Assembly (NCBI GenBank): GCA_039586575.1
Contig: JBDHKD010000005.1
Location: forward strand, 6,062-70,061
DNA length: 64,000 nt
Direction: 5' to 3'
DNA from: Gemmatimonadota bacterium
GTDB taxonomy: Bacteria; Gemmatimonadota; Gemmatimonadetes; Palauibacterales; KS3-K002
The position numbers were made by a program, and so were the translations under genes. Shown in pieces: positions 47,007 to 56,246 of this stretch (position 1 is the first letter of the stretch; the number at the start of each line of letters is the position of its first letter). The notes below the pieces were generated by a model. That model saw nothing but the letters and a program-made list of their open reading frames with translations, had not been told where the DNA came from and did no database searches.

Positions 47007-48110
47007 TTAGGGTCCGCCGGCGGCGGTCGAGTCGAGCAGGCCGCCGCCCGTCTCGTCCTCCACCCCCAGCTCTTTGATGAAGCGATTCACCAGCTCCTCG
47101 CTCTTGAGCCGGACGTCTTCGGCGGAGAGGTCGCCGACCGGGACGCGGGCGCCGGCCATCATGCCGTGACCGCCGGCGCTACCGTCCTTGCCTATGACCC
47201 GGCGTAAGAGGTCACCCGCCGCCGCCTCGCGAAGCGATGTGCGTATCGAGATGACGATATCGTCCTCGAAACGGCCGATGCAGAACGACCAGCGGGCGCC
47301 CTCGAAGCGCAGGTAGAAGTCGGCCAGCTCCGCCACCAGGTCGGGATAGTCGAGCATGCCGAGATAAGAGACGATCACCGGCCCGCGCGTCCGCGCCCGC
47401 TCGAGCGAGCGGTGCAGCGACTTGAAATAGGGACGCGGCAGCGACGGGTAGCGTATCTTCGAGATCAACTCACGATCGGCACCGGGGTAGAGGGCAAGGC
47501 TGGCCGCGAGGTCGGCCGCCTCCGCCTCGCGTCCCAGGTCCTGCGTCTCCGACTGGATGCCATAGAAGAGCGCCGTGGCCAGGGATCCCACCAGCGGAAA
47601 GCCGGCCGCCTGCAGGTATTGCGTCATGATCGTACAGGTCGATCCGCAACCCTCCCTCACATCCTTGAACCTCGCTTTCTTCGTCTGCGGCCGTAGCGCA
47701 TGGTGGTCGATGACGATCGCCGCTTTTTCAACGTCCGGCAGAGAGTTGTTCTTCGTCCCCGGCTGCGTATCGACGAGGGCGATGAGATCCACGTCTTCGA
47801 AGCTGACGTAGCGCGTCGGTGTGACGGGCAGACTCAGCTCCCGTATCATCGTGCGATTCTCGGCACGACCGACCAGGCCGCCGAAGGCGATACGCCCCGA
47901 GACGCCATCGAACGATTCTGCCAGCTTCAGCAGGGCGAAGGCACTGGCCAACGCATCGGGGTCGGGGTTGTCGTGGGTCAGGATGAGAAGGTTGCCACCG
48001 CCCTTCAGCACCGCCTTCAAATCGGCCAGTCGCGGCTCGCCGCAGCCGCGCCCGGCCCGCTGCTTTTGCTTCTTGTTCACGCTACCTCTCGAACCGTGAT
48101 TCCGCGCCAC
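47007..48110 (-). CDS. DHH/DHHA1 family phosphoesterase (second NrnA-like paralogue)
   Basis: 367 aa; LLILTHDNPDPDALAS (DHH motifs) … SAGGHGMMAG (DHHA1). Confidence 0.8.
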   Translation of the reverse strand: MARNHGSRGSVNKKQKQRAGRGCGEPRLADLKAVLKGGGNLLILTHDNPDPDALASAFALLKLAESFDGVSGRIAFGGLVGRAENRTMIRELSLPVTPTRYVSFEDVDLIALVDTQPGTKNNSLPDVEKAAIVIDHHALRPQTKKARFKDVREGCGSTCTIMTQYLQAAGFPLVGSLATALFYGIQSETQDLGREAEAADLAASLALYPGADRELISKIRYPSLPRPYFKSLHRSLERARTRGPVIVSYLGMLDYPDLVAELADFYLRFEGARWSFCIGRFEDDIVISIRTSLREAAAGDLLRRVIGKDGSAGGHGMMAGARVPVGDLSAEDVRLKSEELVNRFIKELGVEDETGGGLLDSTAAGGP

Positions 48111-48175
48111 TCAGTCGGAACAATCGCCCGGCGGGCCGGCGGCGTCACTGTCGAATCGCCGCGGCTCGCCCGCGC

Positions 48176-48826
48176 TCAACCGCTCCAACCGAACACCCCC
48201 GTCAGGAATGGGTTGACTTGCCGCTCGCGCCCCACAGTCGTCGCCGGTCCGTGCCCCGAGTAGAGAATCGTCTCGTCGGGAAGGGTGAGGAGTTCTTTCT
48301 TAATCGACTCCATCAGCGCCCGGTAGTCACCGCCCGGTAGATCGGTGCGACCGATCGAGCCGGCGAACACACAATCGCCTACGAGGGCGAAGCCATCGCC
48401 GATCAGGCAGACGTGTCCCGGCGAGTGGCCGGGCGTATGGCGCACCTCGAGCGTGCCGCGACCGATCTCGACGATCTGGCCGTCCTCGAGCTCGCCGTCG
48501 GGGTCCGGCGGCGTTTCGATCTGCAGCCCGAACGCCTGCGCCTGAGACGAGGCCGCCCCGTAGAGCCTTTGATCGGCCGCATGCAAGTAGACGGGCGCAC
48601 CGGTCTCGCGCTTCGCCGCGGCCACGCCGCCGACATGGTCCAGGTGCGCGTGCGTCAGCAGGATCAACTCGACGTTAGCCTTCTCGTCCGCCGCCGCCTT
48701 CACCAAGCGCTCCGCCTCGGCGCCGGGGTCGACCAGCGCGCACGAGCCCGTCTCCTCACATATGGCGAGGTAGGCGTTGGCCTGCAACGGCCCGACGGGA
48801 AACCCGACAATCTTCATTGGCCTCAA
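48176..48826 (-). CDS. MBL-fold metallo-hydrolase (hydroxyacylglutathione hydrolase/GloB-like)
   Basis: 216 aa; LLTHAHLDHVGG … HTPGHSPGH motifs. Confidence 0.85.
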   Translation of the reverse strand: MRPMKIVGFPVGPLQANAYLAICEETGSCALVDPGAEAERLVKAAADEKANVELILLTHAHLDHVGGVAAAKRETGAPVYLHAADQRLYGAASSQAQAFGLQIETPPDPDGELEDGQIVEIGRGTLEVRHTPGHSPGHVCLIGDGFALVGDCVFAGSIGRTDLPGGDYRALMESIKKELLTLPDETILYSGHGPATTVGRERQVNPFLTGVFGWSG

Positions 48827-48899
48827 GATAATCCCTGGTCAGGTACACAAAAAGGAAGGCCCGCTCGCGCGGGCCCCGCTCTCCCGATTCGCTCTTCGC

Positions 48900-49244
48900 T
48901 CAGACGGCGAAAGACGATCCACAGCCGCAGCCGCCCGCCGCGTTCGGATTGCTGAACGTGAACCCGGAACCCTGGAACGAGCTGTAGTAGCCGATCACCG
49001 TGCCCTTCAGATACTGAGAGCTGAACGGATCGACGAATATCCGGATACCGTGTGACTCGATGACCGCGTCATCCGCCCGCGGCGCTTCCTCGATGCTCAG
49101 TCCATACTGAAAGCCCGAACAACCACCGGGCAGCACCGCCACTCGCAAGCCCGCCGACTCCGGCGTCAGCTCTTCCGCCGCCATGAACTCACGGGCCTTC
49201 TCGGCGGCCTCGGCGCTGAGCGAGATCGTTTCCACAGTCTGCAT
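48900..49244 (-). CDS. Iron-sulfur cluster insertion protein (HesB/IscA/ErpA family)
   Basis: Start at MQTVETI (ATG at 49242-49244, giving 114 aa); GGCSGFQY … CGCGSSF are conserved Cys motifs. Confidence 0.88.
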   Translation of the reverse strand: MQTVETISLSAEAAEKAREFMAAEELTPESAGLRVAVLPGGCSGFQYGLSIEEAPRADDAVIESHGIRIFVDPFSSQYLKGTVIGYYSSFQGSGFTFSNPNAAGGCGCGSSFAV

Positions 49245-49390
49245 TGTACCGCCCTCTATATGTGACGTATGTGACATGTCTGACCCTTGCTTCGGCTGAG
49301 TTCCGCCGCGTCTGGCGGTTACTATTGATAACCAGGAACCGGCCCCGAGATCAATACTGATTACTGGTTAGCGGATGGGGGGGCCACCGC

Positions 49391-50359
49391 TCAGCGACTC
49401 GCCGTCGCCTTCGCCTCCTTCAACTCCGTCAAATACTTCTCCGCAGCGATGGTCGCGGTCGTCGCGTCGCCGACGGCGGTGGTGATCTGGCGAGTGAGTT
49501 GGGCGCGGACATCGCCGGCGACGAAGAGACCGGGGATCGAAGCCCGCATGTCGCGGTCGCTGATCAGGTAGCCACCGGCGTCGTGCTCGGCGTGATCCTC
49601 GAGCAGGCCGGTGTTGGGCCGGAAGCCGATAAAGACGAAGAGGCCGGTTGCCTCGAGGAGGCTCTCTTCGGCGGTCTTGACGTTTTGGAGGCGGAGCCCG
49701 GTCATGCCCTGGGCGTCACCCACCACCTCGTTGATCACGGTATCCCAGATGATCTCGATCTTCGGGTTATCGAATACCCGCTTCTGGAGGATCTTCTGGG
49801 CGCGTAGCTCGTCGCGCCGGTGGATGAGGTAGAGCTTGTCGACGTAGCGGGTCAGGAACTCGGCCTCTTCCGTGGCTGCGTCGCCGCCACCGGCTACGGC
49901 GATCGTCTCGCCTTTGAAGAAGGCGCCGTCACAGATGGCGCAGTAGCTGACACCGCGGCCGGCGTATTCCGCTTCGCCGGGGACCTCGAGCTTGTACGGC
50001 GTGCCTCCGGCGGTGAGGATGACGGCCTGCGCGTAATAGAGCGGGCCCTCTTCGGTGCTGACGCGGAAGTCGCCGTCCTCGAGTTTCTTGATGCCTTTGA
50101 CCGTGACGGTGTCGATCTGCAGACCGAACTTGGTGGCGTGCGCAGTCATCCGTTCCGCCAGATCCCGGCCTTCAATCTCCGGTAGGCCGGGATAGTCGTC
50201 GATCAGATCGGTGTTGAGCAGCTGCCCTCCGGTCAGACCGCGCTCGAGGACCACCGCCTTCAGCTCCGACCGCTTGGCGTACAGACCGGCCGTGAGACCC
50301 GCAGGCCCGCCGCCGACGATCACCAGCTCGTAGTTCTTCTCTTTCGTTTCGTTCGACAT
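49391..50359 (-). CDS. trxB: Thioredoxin-disulfide reductase
   Basis: 322 aa; GGGPAG FAD site, redox-active CAICDG, NADPH site GGGDAA. Confidence 0.93.
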   Translation of the reverse strand: MSNETKEKNYELVIVGGGPAGLTAGLYAKRSELKAVVLERGLTGGQLLNTDLIDDYPGLPEIEGRDLAERMTAHATKFGLQIDTVTVKGIKKLEDGDFRVSTEEGPLYYAQAVILTAGGTPYKLEVPGEAEYAGRGVSYCAICDGAFFKGETIAVAGGGDAATEEAEFLTRYVDKLYLIHRRDELRAQKILQKRVFDNPKIEIIWDTVINEVVGDAQGMTGLRLQNVKTAEESLLEATGLFVFIGFRPNTGLLEDHAEHDAGGYLISDRDMRASIPGLFVAGDVRAQLTRQITTAVGDATTATIAAEKYLTELKEAKATASR

Positions 50360-50395
50360 ACCTGACTTGCCTCTCTCCCAACGCCGGCGCGCGGG

Positions 50396-51271
50396 TCACC
50401 CCCCGGCGCGCGCTATGGCTGCCTCGCGCAGTCGAATGTACCACTCGTAGGGAACCGGCTGTGAGGCCAGCTGCCCGCGGCGCGTTTCGCGGGGGCCGTG
50501 CCAGTCCGAGCCGCCGGTCTCCAGCAGATCCAGCTCGGCGACGAGCCGCCGCAGCCGTCTCACCTCGTAAGGGCCGTGCTCGGGGTGCAGCGTCTCCAAC
50601 CCGTCCAGTCCGGCCTCGGCCAGCGCCCGGATGGCCGATTCGCTGTGGCTCTTGCCGCCATGCGCCAGAATCGCCAGCCCTCCGGCTTCCTGAATACGCC
50701 CGATGCCGTCGGCCGGACTCATGCGCCAGGTGGGCACGTAGGCCGGCTGGCCGGCGGCGAGGAAGCGAGCGAACGCCCGGTTGTAGCTCTCCACCCAACC
50801 GCCCGAGACCAGTGCACGGGCCACGTGCGGCCGGGCGATCAGCCCGTCTTCCGACGCCTGAGCCTTCACCTCGTCCAGCGTCAGCTCCACACCCAGCCGC
50901 TTGAGCTTTTCCAACATCCTCTCCGCCCGCAGTACGCGGCGCTGACGTGCGTCCTCCAGATACTCGAGCAGGCGGGCGTGGCCCGGATCAATGTAGTAAC
51001 CGAGCAAGTGTGTCGACCCACTGTCGTCGTAACACGAGAACTCGATGCCGGGAACGAACGGCACCCCCAAAGACGCTGCCGCTTGCTGCGCCTCGTCCAG
51101 CCCGCCCACGGTGTCGTGGTCGGTCAGGGCTACCGCCTTCAGCCCTTCCTCGTGCGCCGCGGCGATCACTTCCGCCGGTCTCAGCAGCCCGTCCGATGCG
51201 TCGGAATGCAGGTGAAGATCTACCCGGTCGACGACGTCGGGCGGGGCATCAAATCGGTCCTCGGTCAGCAC
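50396..51271 (-). CDS. PHP domain-containing protein (second paralogue)
   Basis: 291 aa; VDLHLHSDASDG … ALTDHDTV … ILAHGG motifs. Confidence 0.8.
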   Translation of the reverse strand: MLTEDRFDAPPDVVDRVDLHLHSDASDGLLRPAEVIAAAHEEGLKAVALTDHDTVGGLDEAQQAAASLGVPFVPGIEFSCYDDSGSTHLLGYYIDPGHARLLEYLEDARQRRVLRAERMLEKLKRLGVELTLDEVKAQASEDGLIARPHVARALVSGGWVESYNRAFARFLAAGQPAYVPTWRMSPADGIGRIQEAGGLAILAHGGKSHSESAIRALAEAGLDGLETLHPEHGPYEVRRLRRLVAELDLLETGGSDWHGPRETRRGQLASQPVPYEWYIRLREAAIARAGG

Positions 51272-51437
51272 TCAGGGCTCCATGTCTAGAAACAGATTAG
51301 GGTTCCCATTACAGAAATGGCCGCGAGTCGGTGGGGCCCACGGCCGGCGGCCGAAACCTACCCGCGCAGAGCAGAGCGGTCAACGGAGCCGGATTGACAG
51401 GCCCGGGGCGCCCGCCGAGTTTTAGCCCGGACGAAAA

Positions 51438-52160
51438 ATGATGACTACTGCGCAGGGCGGAGATCGTTCGCACGCCGTCGAGGACTATCTGAAGGCGATC
51501 CGGTACCTCCAGCAGGAGAGCACGCCGGTGAGCACTTCCGCCCTCGCTCAGTTGCTCGACCGCTCGCCGGCCTCGGTCACCAACATGATCAAGAGTCTGG
51601 CCGAGCGGGGGCTCGTCGAGCACGAGCCCTACCATGGGGTGCGCCTGAGCGAGGCGGGTGAACGGGAAGCCTTGCGGATCATCCGGCGTCATCGAGTCAT
51701 CGAGGCGTATCTGATCGAGAAATTGGGATACTCCTGGGACCAGGTGCACGCCGAGGCGGAGCGGCTCGAGCACGCTGCCTCGGACGAACTGGTGGAGCGG
51801 CTGGCTGATGCTCTGGGACATCCGGCGGCGGACCCGCACGGTTCGCCGATCCCGACGGCGGAAGGTGAGGTCGCGGAGTGGCAGCATCCGGCGCTCTCGC
51901 GTGTCGCGGCGGGCGCGCGTGTGATTGTGCGCGAGGTGAGCGATGCGGATGAAGGACGACTGCGCTACCTGGCGGAGCTGGGTCTTTATCCGGGTACGCG
52001 GGTCGAGGTCATGGAGCACGAACCGTTCGAGGGCCCGATCCGCGTGCGGGTGGCCGGCGCGGAGCGATCGGTGAGTCGCGCCCTGGCCGATATCGTGAGA
52101 GTAGAGTTGCAAGGTGATGGACCCGGTGGTGGAGCGGATTGCAACGCCATCGACAGCTGA
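51438..52160 (+). CDS. Metal-dependent transcriptional regulator, DtxR/IdeR/MntR family with C-terminal SH3-like (FeoA) domain
   Basis: 240 aa; HTH + metal-binding helix (…VEDYLKAIRYL… PASVTNMIKSLAERGLV … RHRVIEAYL…) and a FeoA-like C-terminus. Confidence 0.88.
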   Translation: MMTTAQGGDRSHAVEDYLKAIRYLQQESTPVSTSALAQLLDRSPASVTNMIKSLAERGLVEHEPYHGVRLSEAGEREALRIIRRHRVIEAYLIEKLGYSWDQVHAEAERLEHAASDELVERLADALGHPAADPHGSPIPTAEGEVAEWQHPALSRVAAGARVIVREVSDADEGRLRYLAELGLYPGTRVEVMEHEPFEGPIRVRVAGAERSVSRALADIVRVELQGDGPGGGADCNAIDS

Positions 52161-52172
52161 GATCCGGAGAAC

Positions 52173-52442
52173 ATGACCAGTATCAAGATCGACGGTGACG
52201 TCTGGAAGGTACGTTTGGGCGAGGAGCGTCCGCGCCCCGGTGTCCGCTTAGTCCTTTTCCTCAGCCAGCCCACGGGCCAGCGGCCCTATCGAGTTGTCGA
52301 AGTGCCAGAGGATCGGTTCGCCTCGCAGGACGATGTTCGGAAGACCTCGAAGAAAGACCTGGTCGAACTCTTCCAGCGTAGCACGTCGATGGACGTGCCG
52401 GTCTATCGGTCGGATGAGCTGAACGACGTACGGCGGAAATGA
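52173..52442 (+). CDS. Hypothetical small protein (89 aa) immediately downstream of the DtxR-family regulator
   Basis: 12-bp gap after the regulator; no recognised motif. Confidence 0.45.
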   Translation: MTSIKIDGDVWKVRLGEERPRPGVRLVLFLSQPTGQRPYRVVEVPEDRFASQDDVRKTSKKDLVELFQRSTSMDVPVYRSDELNDVRRK

Positions 52443-52590
52443 CGGCGTGAGCGGCGACTCCATGAGTGATTGAGTAATAGATCGACAGAGTATTTGAATT
52501 CAGAGAGAGCGCGCCTCCGTTACACTCCGAGTTCGAGCATTCAATTGATCTATCAGTCAATCGGGCATGGAGTCTCGCATTCCCGACAAA

Positions 52591-53658
52591 TCATCCCGGC
52601 ACGAAGTCTTCGTCGGCAGACAGGCTGCGCACCGTAGCGGCGATGAGTTCCGCTGCCCGATCCACGTCATCCAGAGCTACCATTTCGTTCGGCGAGTGCA
52701 TGTAACGGTTGGGCACCGAGACCAGGGCGGTGGCGATACCCATCCGCGATGTCACGATGCTGTCCGCATCGGTTCTCGTGCGGCTCGGTGCCGCCTCGAT
52801 CGAGAACGGTATCTGCTCGCGTTCCGCCACTTCGACGACGCGCTCGAACAGCACGGGGTTGACTGCCGAGCCGCGGCTGAGGACCGGGCCGCCGCCCAGC
52901 CGGTGATCACCGTGCCCTTTCTTCTCGGCGCCGGGATAATCGGTGGCGTGGGTCACATCGATCACGATGGCGACGTGTGGGTCGAGGCCGAACGCGCCCG
53001 GCCGCGCACCACCACCGCCCAGCCCGATCTCTTCCTGTGTCGTCGCCACGGCGAAGGCTGCCGCCGAAGGCCGCTCGGCCGCGAGCCGGCGCGCCGCCTC
53101 CAACGCCACCAAGGCGCCCACCCGGTTGTCGATGCTCCGTGATGCCAGTCGTCCGTGCGGTAGCTCAACGATCTCGGCAGCCAGCACGGCCGCATCGCCG
53201 ACGCGAACACGCTGGCGCGCGTCTTCTCCGTCCGCGGCGCCGATGTCGATCCACAGATCCTTGATCTTCGAGGCGCGGTCGCGGTCGGCCTGTTCCAGGA
53301 GGTGGATCGCCTTCTTGCCGACCACGCCGGCGACCAGTCCGTCCCGGGTGATGACCTCGACGCGTTGGCCGACGATGATCTCCGGATCCCAGCCACCGAT
53401 CGCCGAGAAGTAGAGGAAGCCGTCGTCATCGATGTGATTGACCATGACGCCGATCTCGTCGATGTGCCCTGCAAGCATGACGCGCGGCGCTCCATCCGGG
53501 TTGACCACGGCGAAGCTGTTGCCCGCCACATCGCCCCAGACGCGATCGGCAAAGGTCTCGGCTTCGGCGCGCCAGGCTCGCGCCGGCGCGCCTTCGAACC
53601 CGGAAGGGCCGGGCAGCGCCAGCAGGCGCTTGAAGAACTCCACTGAGCTCGCCTTCAT
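52591..53658 (-). CDS. M42-family aminopeptidase (FrvX/CelM-like)
   Basis: Start at MKASSVEFFKRLL (ATG at 53656-53658); …PGPSGFE … AGHIDEIG … motifs of M42 peptidases. Confidence 0.85.
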   Translation of the reverse strand: MKASSVEFFKRLLALPGPSGFEGAPARAWRAEAETFADRVWGDVAGNSFAVVNPDGAPRVMLAGHIDEIGVMVNHIDDDGFLYFSAIGGWDPEIIVGQRVEVITRDGLVAGVVGKKAIHLLEQADRDRASKIKDLWIDIGAADGEDARQRVRVGDAAVLAAEIVELPHGRLASRSIDNRVGALVALEAARRLAAERPSAAAFAVATTQEEIGLGGGGARPGAFGLDPHVAIVIDVTHATDYPGAEKKGHGDHRLGGGPVLSRGSAVNPVLFERVVEVAEREQIPFSIEAAPSRTRTDADSIVTSRMGIATALVSVPNRYMHSPNEMVALDDVDRAAELIAATVRSLSADEDFVPG

Positions 53659-53686
53659 CCTCGGTCCTCGTTGTCGGTTCAGCGGG

Positions 53687-54871
53687 CTATCGATCAAACG
53701 GTGCCGGGCCCGGGTAGCTCGACTCCGGCCACTCCCCGTACACACCCTCGACCACGGTCCCCGAGCCGGGCATCGCCGCTCGGCTGGCCAATGCCGCCTC
53801 GGCCGCCGACTCGACTTCCGCGGTCACTTCCGCTTCCAGCTCCGCAAGAACGGAACGATTCGAGTCGGCCGCCGCACCGGCAGTCACCTCCGCGCTCGTG
53901 GCCAAATCGAGCGTCCCCTCGATCAGCCATGCCTCGTAGCAGCCGATGGGATCACGGCGTCCCCAGTAGGCGAAGGTCTCGGGGCCGAACAGGTCGCGCG
54001 CCTCCTGCTCGTCGTGCGTCGCGTGGCCGCCCATGCGGAACGTCTCCGCCGTGAGAAAGACCGGGCCCGCGCCGGCACGGCATCGTTCCACCGCCCAGCG
54101 CGTGGCCGCGTAGGCGTCCAGAACGTTGTTTCCGTCGAATTGCGCGCCCGTGACACCGTAGATGCCGGCCCAACCGGCGAAGCCGTCAGCCGCATGGTGC
54201 TCCGCGAGCGGGGTGCCCAGCGCCACCTGGTTGTTCTGGATGATGTAGACGACAGGCAGGCGCTGCGCCGCCGCGAGATTGAACGCCTCGTGCACCTCAC
54301 CCGTCTTCGTCGCGCCGTCGCCTACCCAGGTCAACGCCACCCGTTTCGATGCCTGGAGACGGAAGGCGAGCCCGAGGCCGGCGATCACCGGGGCCAACGT
54401 GCCCACCATACTGATGGGAGCGATCAACCCGTACTCGCGACCCCCGATATGCAAGTCGCGACCCCGGTTCGGCGAGTCGGCCGTCGCCAGATAGCCACGC
54501 AACATGTCGGCGACCGGCATGCCCATCTCGTGGCAGGCACCCGCGTTACGGATCATCGGGGCGACCACATCGCCAGTCGCTCCACTCCGATCGATGGCGT
54601 GTACCGGCCCAACCGTGACCGCCTCCTCGCCGGTGCCCAGCCACGCTTTCGTAATGATGCCCTGCCGTACCCACCGCTTCAGGGTGATGTCGTGCAGCCG
54701 GAAGCGAAGGAGTCCGGCGTAAAGCGCCAGTCGCCGCTCCACCGTCAATCCATCGATGGTGTTTCGCCGCTCGATGTCTGCCTCGATCGTCTCGCGGTAG
54801 CGCTCCATCACTTCGCGGTCGGGCGAGAAGTCGACGTATTCCGGCGGTTCGAACGCGGGATAGCGCCTCAT
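53687..54871 (-). CDS. Thiamine-diphosphate-dependent 2-oxoacid dehydrogenase E1 component, alpha subunit (no adjacent beta subunit)
   Basis: 394 aa; TPP-binding GDG…NN motif (VGDGATKTGEVHEAFNLAAAQRLPVVYIIQNNQVA). Confidence 0.8.
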   Translation of the reverse strand: MRRYPAFEPPEYVDFSPDREVMERYRETIEADIERRNTIDGLTVERRLALYAGLLRFRLHDITLKRWVRQGIITKAWLGTGEEAVTVGPVHAIDRSGATGDVVAPMIRNAGACHEMGMPVADMLRGYLATADSPNRGRDLHIGGREYGLIAPISMVGTLAPVIAGLGLAFRLQASKRVALTWVGDGATKTGEVHEAFNLAAAQRLPVVYIIQNNQVALGTPLAEHHAADGFAGWAGIYGVTGAQFDGNNVLDAYAATRWAVERCRAGAGPVFLTAETFRMGGHATHDEQEARDLFGPETFAYWGRRDPIGCYEAWLIEGTLDLATSAEVTAGAAADSNRSVLAELEAEVTAEVESAAEAALASRAAMPGSGTVVEGVYGEWPESSYPGPAPFDR

Positions 54872-55056
54872 CCGCTCCCTTCCCTGATCTCGATCAGATC
54901 ACCCGACTCGGCAATACTGTCACCGAAGCGATCGCCGGCTGCGAACAGAGCTTCGCGCAGGTTCTCCGCCTCGACCTCGAAGACTTCGTACTGCGGCACC
55001 TTGCGCTGGTAGCGGATCGTCACGAGGTATACGCGCTGGTCGCTCATAGCTGTCAA
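54868..55056 (-). CDS. Small hypothetical protein (62 aa) translationally coupled (ATGA overlap) to the E1-alpha gene
   Basis: ORF with coding-like composition; no motif. Confidence 0.4.
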   Translation of the reverse strand: MTAMSDQRVYLVTIRYQRKVPQYEVFEVEAENLREALFAAGDRFGDSIAESGDLIEIREGSG

Positions 55057-55153
55057 CCGGTCTGCCTGGTTGCTGTCCTACGGCCCACTCTTGCGTGAGC
55101 GGCTCCTGGTGAGTGAGACGGGAAGCGTGGCGGGAGAGTGGCGGCGCTCGGGA

Positions 55154-55441
55154 TCAGGGGCGGCTCTCCTCCTCCAAAATGGCCTCGAAGATCTTACGCC
55201 TGAGCTCCGGCGGCGCGCTGACCCGACCCTGATCGGCCACAAAGCGCAGGAACGCCTGCTCGAAGTCCAGACGCGGGTAGCACCGCTTGCACACCTCGAG
55301 GTGCTCGCGGATCTTCTCTACCGTCTCCTCGTCCAGCTCCTCGTCGATGTATTCGTAGAGCTGCGCCAAGACGCCATTGCAGTCGATACTTCCCTGCCCC
55401 GGCATCATCTTCCCCATCATGTCCCTGAAGAACCCCGTCAT
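55154..55441 (-). CDS. Zinc-associated anti-sigma factor (ZAS family, RsrA-like)
   Basis: 95 aa; HLEVCKRC (HxxxCxxC) plus an upstream Cys (DCNGV); 4-bp overlap with the ECF sigma gene. Confidence 0.8.
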   Translation of the reverse strand: MTGFFRDMMGKMMPGQGSIDCNGVLAQLYEYIDEELDEETVEKIREHLEVCKRCYPRLDFEQAFLRFVADQGRVSAPPELRRKIFEAILEEESRP

Positions 55442-55992
55442 CTGATGTACCCCATCTCCTTGGCGTATTCGTAGAGGCGTCGCTGTAAGCGACGCCGGCC
55501 GCGGAACAGGCGGGACTTGACCGTGCCCACAGGCAGCTCGAGTATCTCAGCGACCTCCGCGTAACTCAGACCTTCAACATCGCTCAGGATCACCGGAATC
55601 CTGAACTCCTCCGGCAATTCCTGGATCGCCTGTTTCACTTCATCATCGACGATGAAACGGAAAAACGAGCCCGACGGATCCCGATCCTGCACTTGCTCGA
55701 AGACGTTGATGTCCTCAACGGCGTCGAACTGCACCGAGCTGGGCCGCCTGCTATCTCGCCGGAATTGATTGATGAACGTGTTGCGCATGATCGTCACCAA
55801 CCAAGCTCGACAGTTCGTGCCACGCTGATACTTGTCCCAGGCCCGATAGGCCCTCAACACCGTGTCTTGGACCAGGTCGTCCGCGTCCGACGCGCTACCG
55901 GTCAGCCGCAACGCCACGCTGTAGAGCGTGTCGAGGTGAACCAACGCCTCTTGCTCGAATTCCTGCCGTCTCGTGCTCGCGTTCTCTCCCAT
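55438..55992 (-). CDS. RNA polymerase sigma-70 factor, ECF subfamily
   Basis: 184 aa; sigma2 region (…DLVQDTVLRAYRAW…) and sigma4 region (…LSYAEVAEILELPVGTVKSRLFRGR…). Confidence 0.92.
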   Translation of the reverse strand: MGENASTRRQEFEQEALVHLDTLYSVALRLTGSASDADDLVQDTVLRAYRAWDKYQRGTNCRAWLVTIMRNTFINQFRRDSRRPSSVQFDAVEDINVFEQVQDRDPSGSFFRFIVDDEVKQAIQELPEEFRIPVILSDVEGLSYAEVAEILELPVGTVKSRLFRGRRRLQRRLYEYAKEMGYIR

Positions 55993-56246
55993 CGTCCTAT
56001 TAGATGGTTGGGGTCAGGGCCGTGCTCATCTAATTAAACGCCCAGCCCCTAGTGTGCAACGCCAGCGGCGGCCAAAAGGTTCGCCACGGCCGCCGGGTCC
56101 CCGGGAACCGCCCGAGTGGTGGCTGGTCTGGCGCCGACCTGGTCGAGTATATTGTAGGAGACCCTACCGTCCCCGTTGCCGAGGGCCCGGGCCGGCACTA
56201 GGATAGGAGCGCCGTCCCAGCGACCTCATCAGAGAAGGAGTCGATC

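Noticed and set aside
49278-49390. Inverted repeats (GGTTACTATTGATAACC, ATCAATACTGATTACTGG) between the trxB stop and the erpA-like start
   Set aside because: Short AT-containing imperfect palindromes without a GC stem or T-tract. Possibly an operator, but too weak to call.
52443-52590. AT-rich segment downstream of the DtxR-family operon as a Fur/IdeR box
   Set aside because: Only weak resemblance (TGATTGAGTAATAGATCG) to Fur or IdeR consensus palindromes. It lies between convergent gene ends, so a terminator role is equally likely.
53438-55012. 524-aa plus-strand ORF
   Set aside because: Antisense to the E1-alpha and M42 genes.
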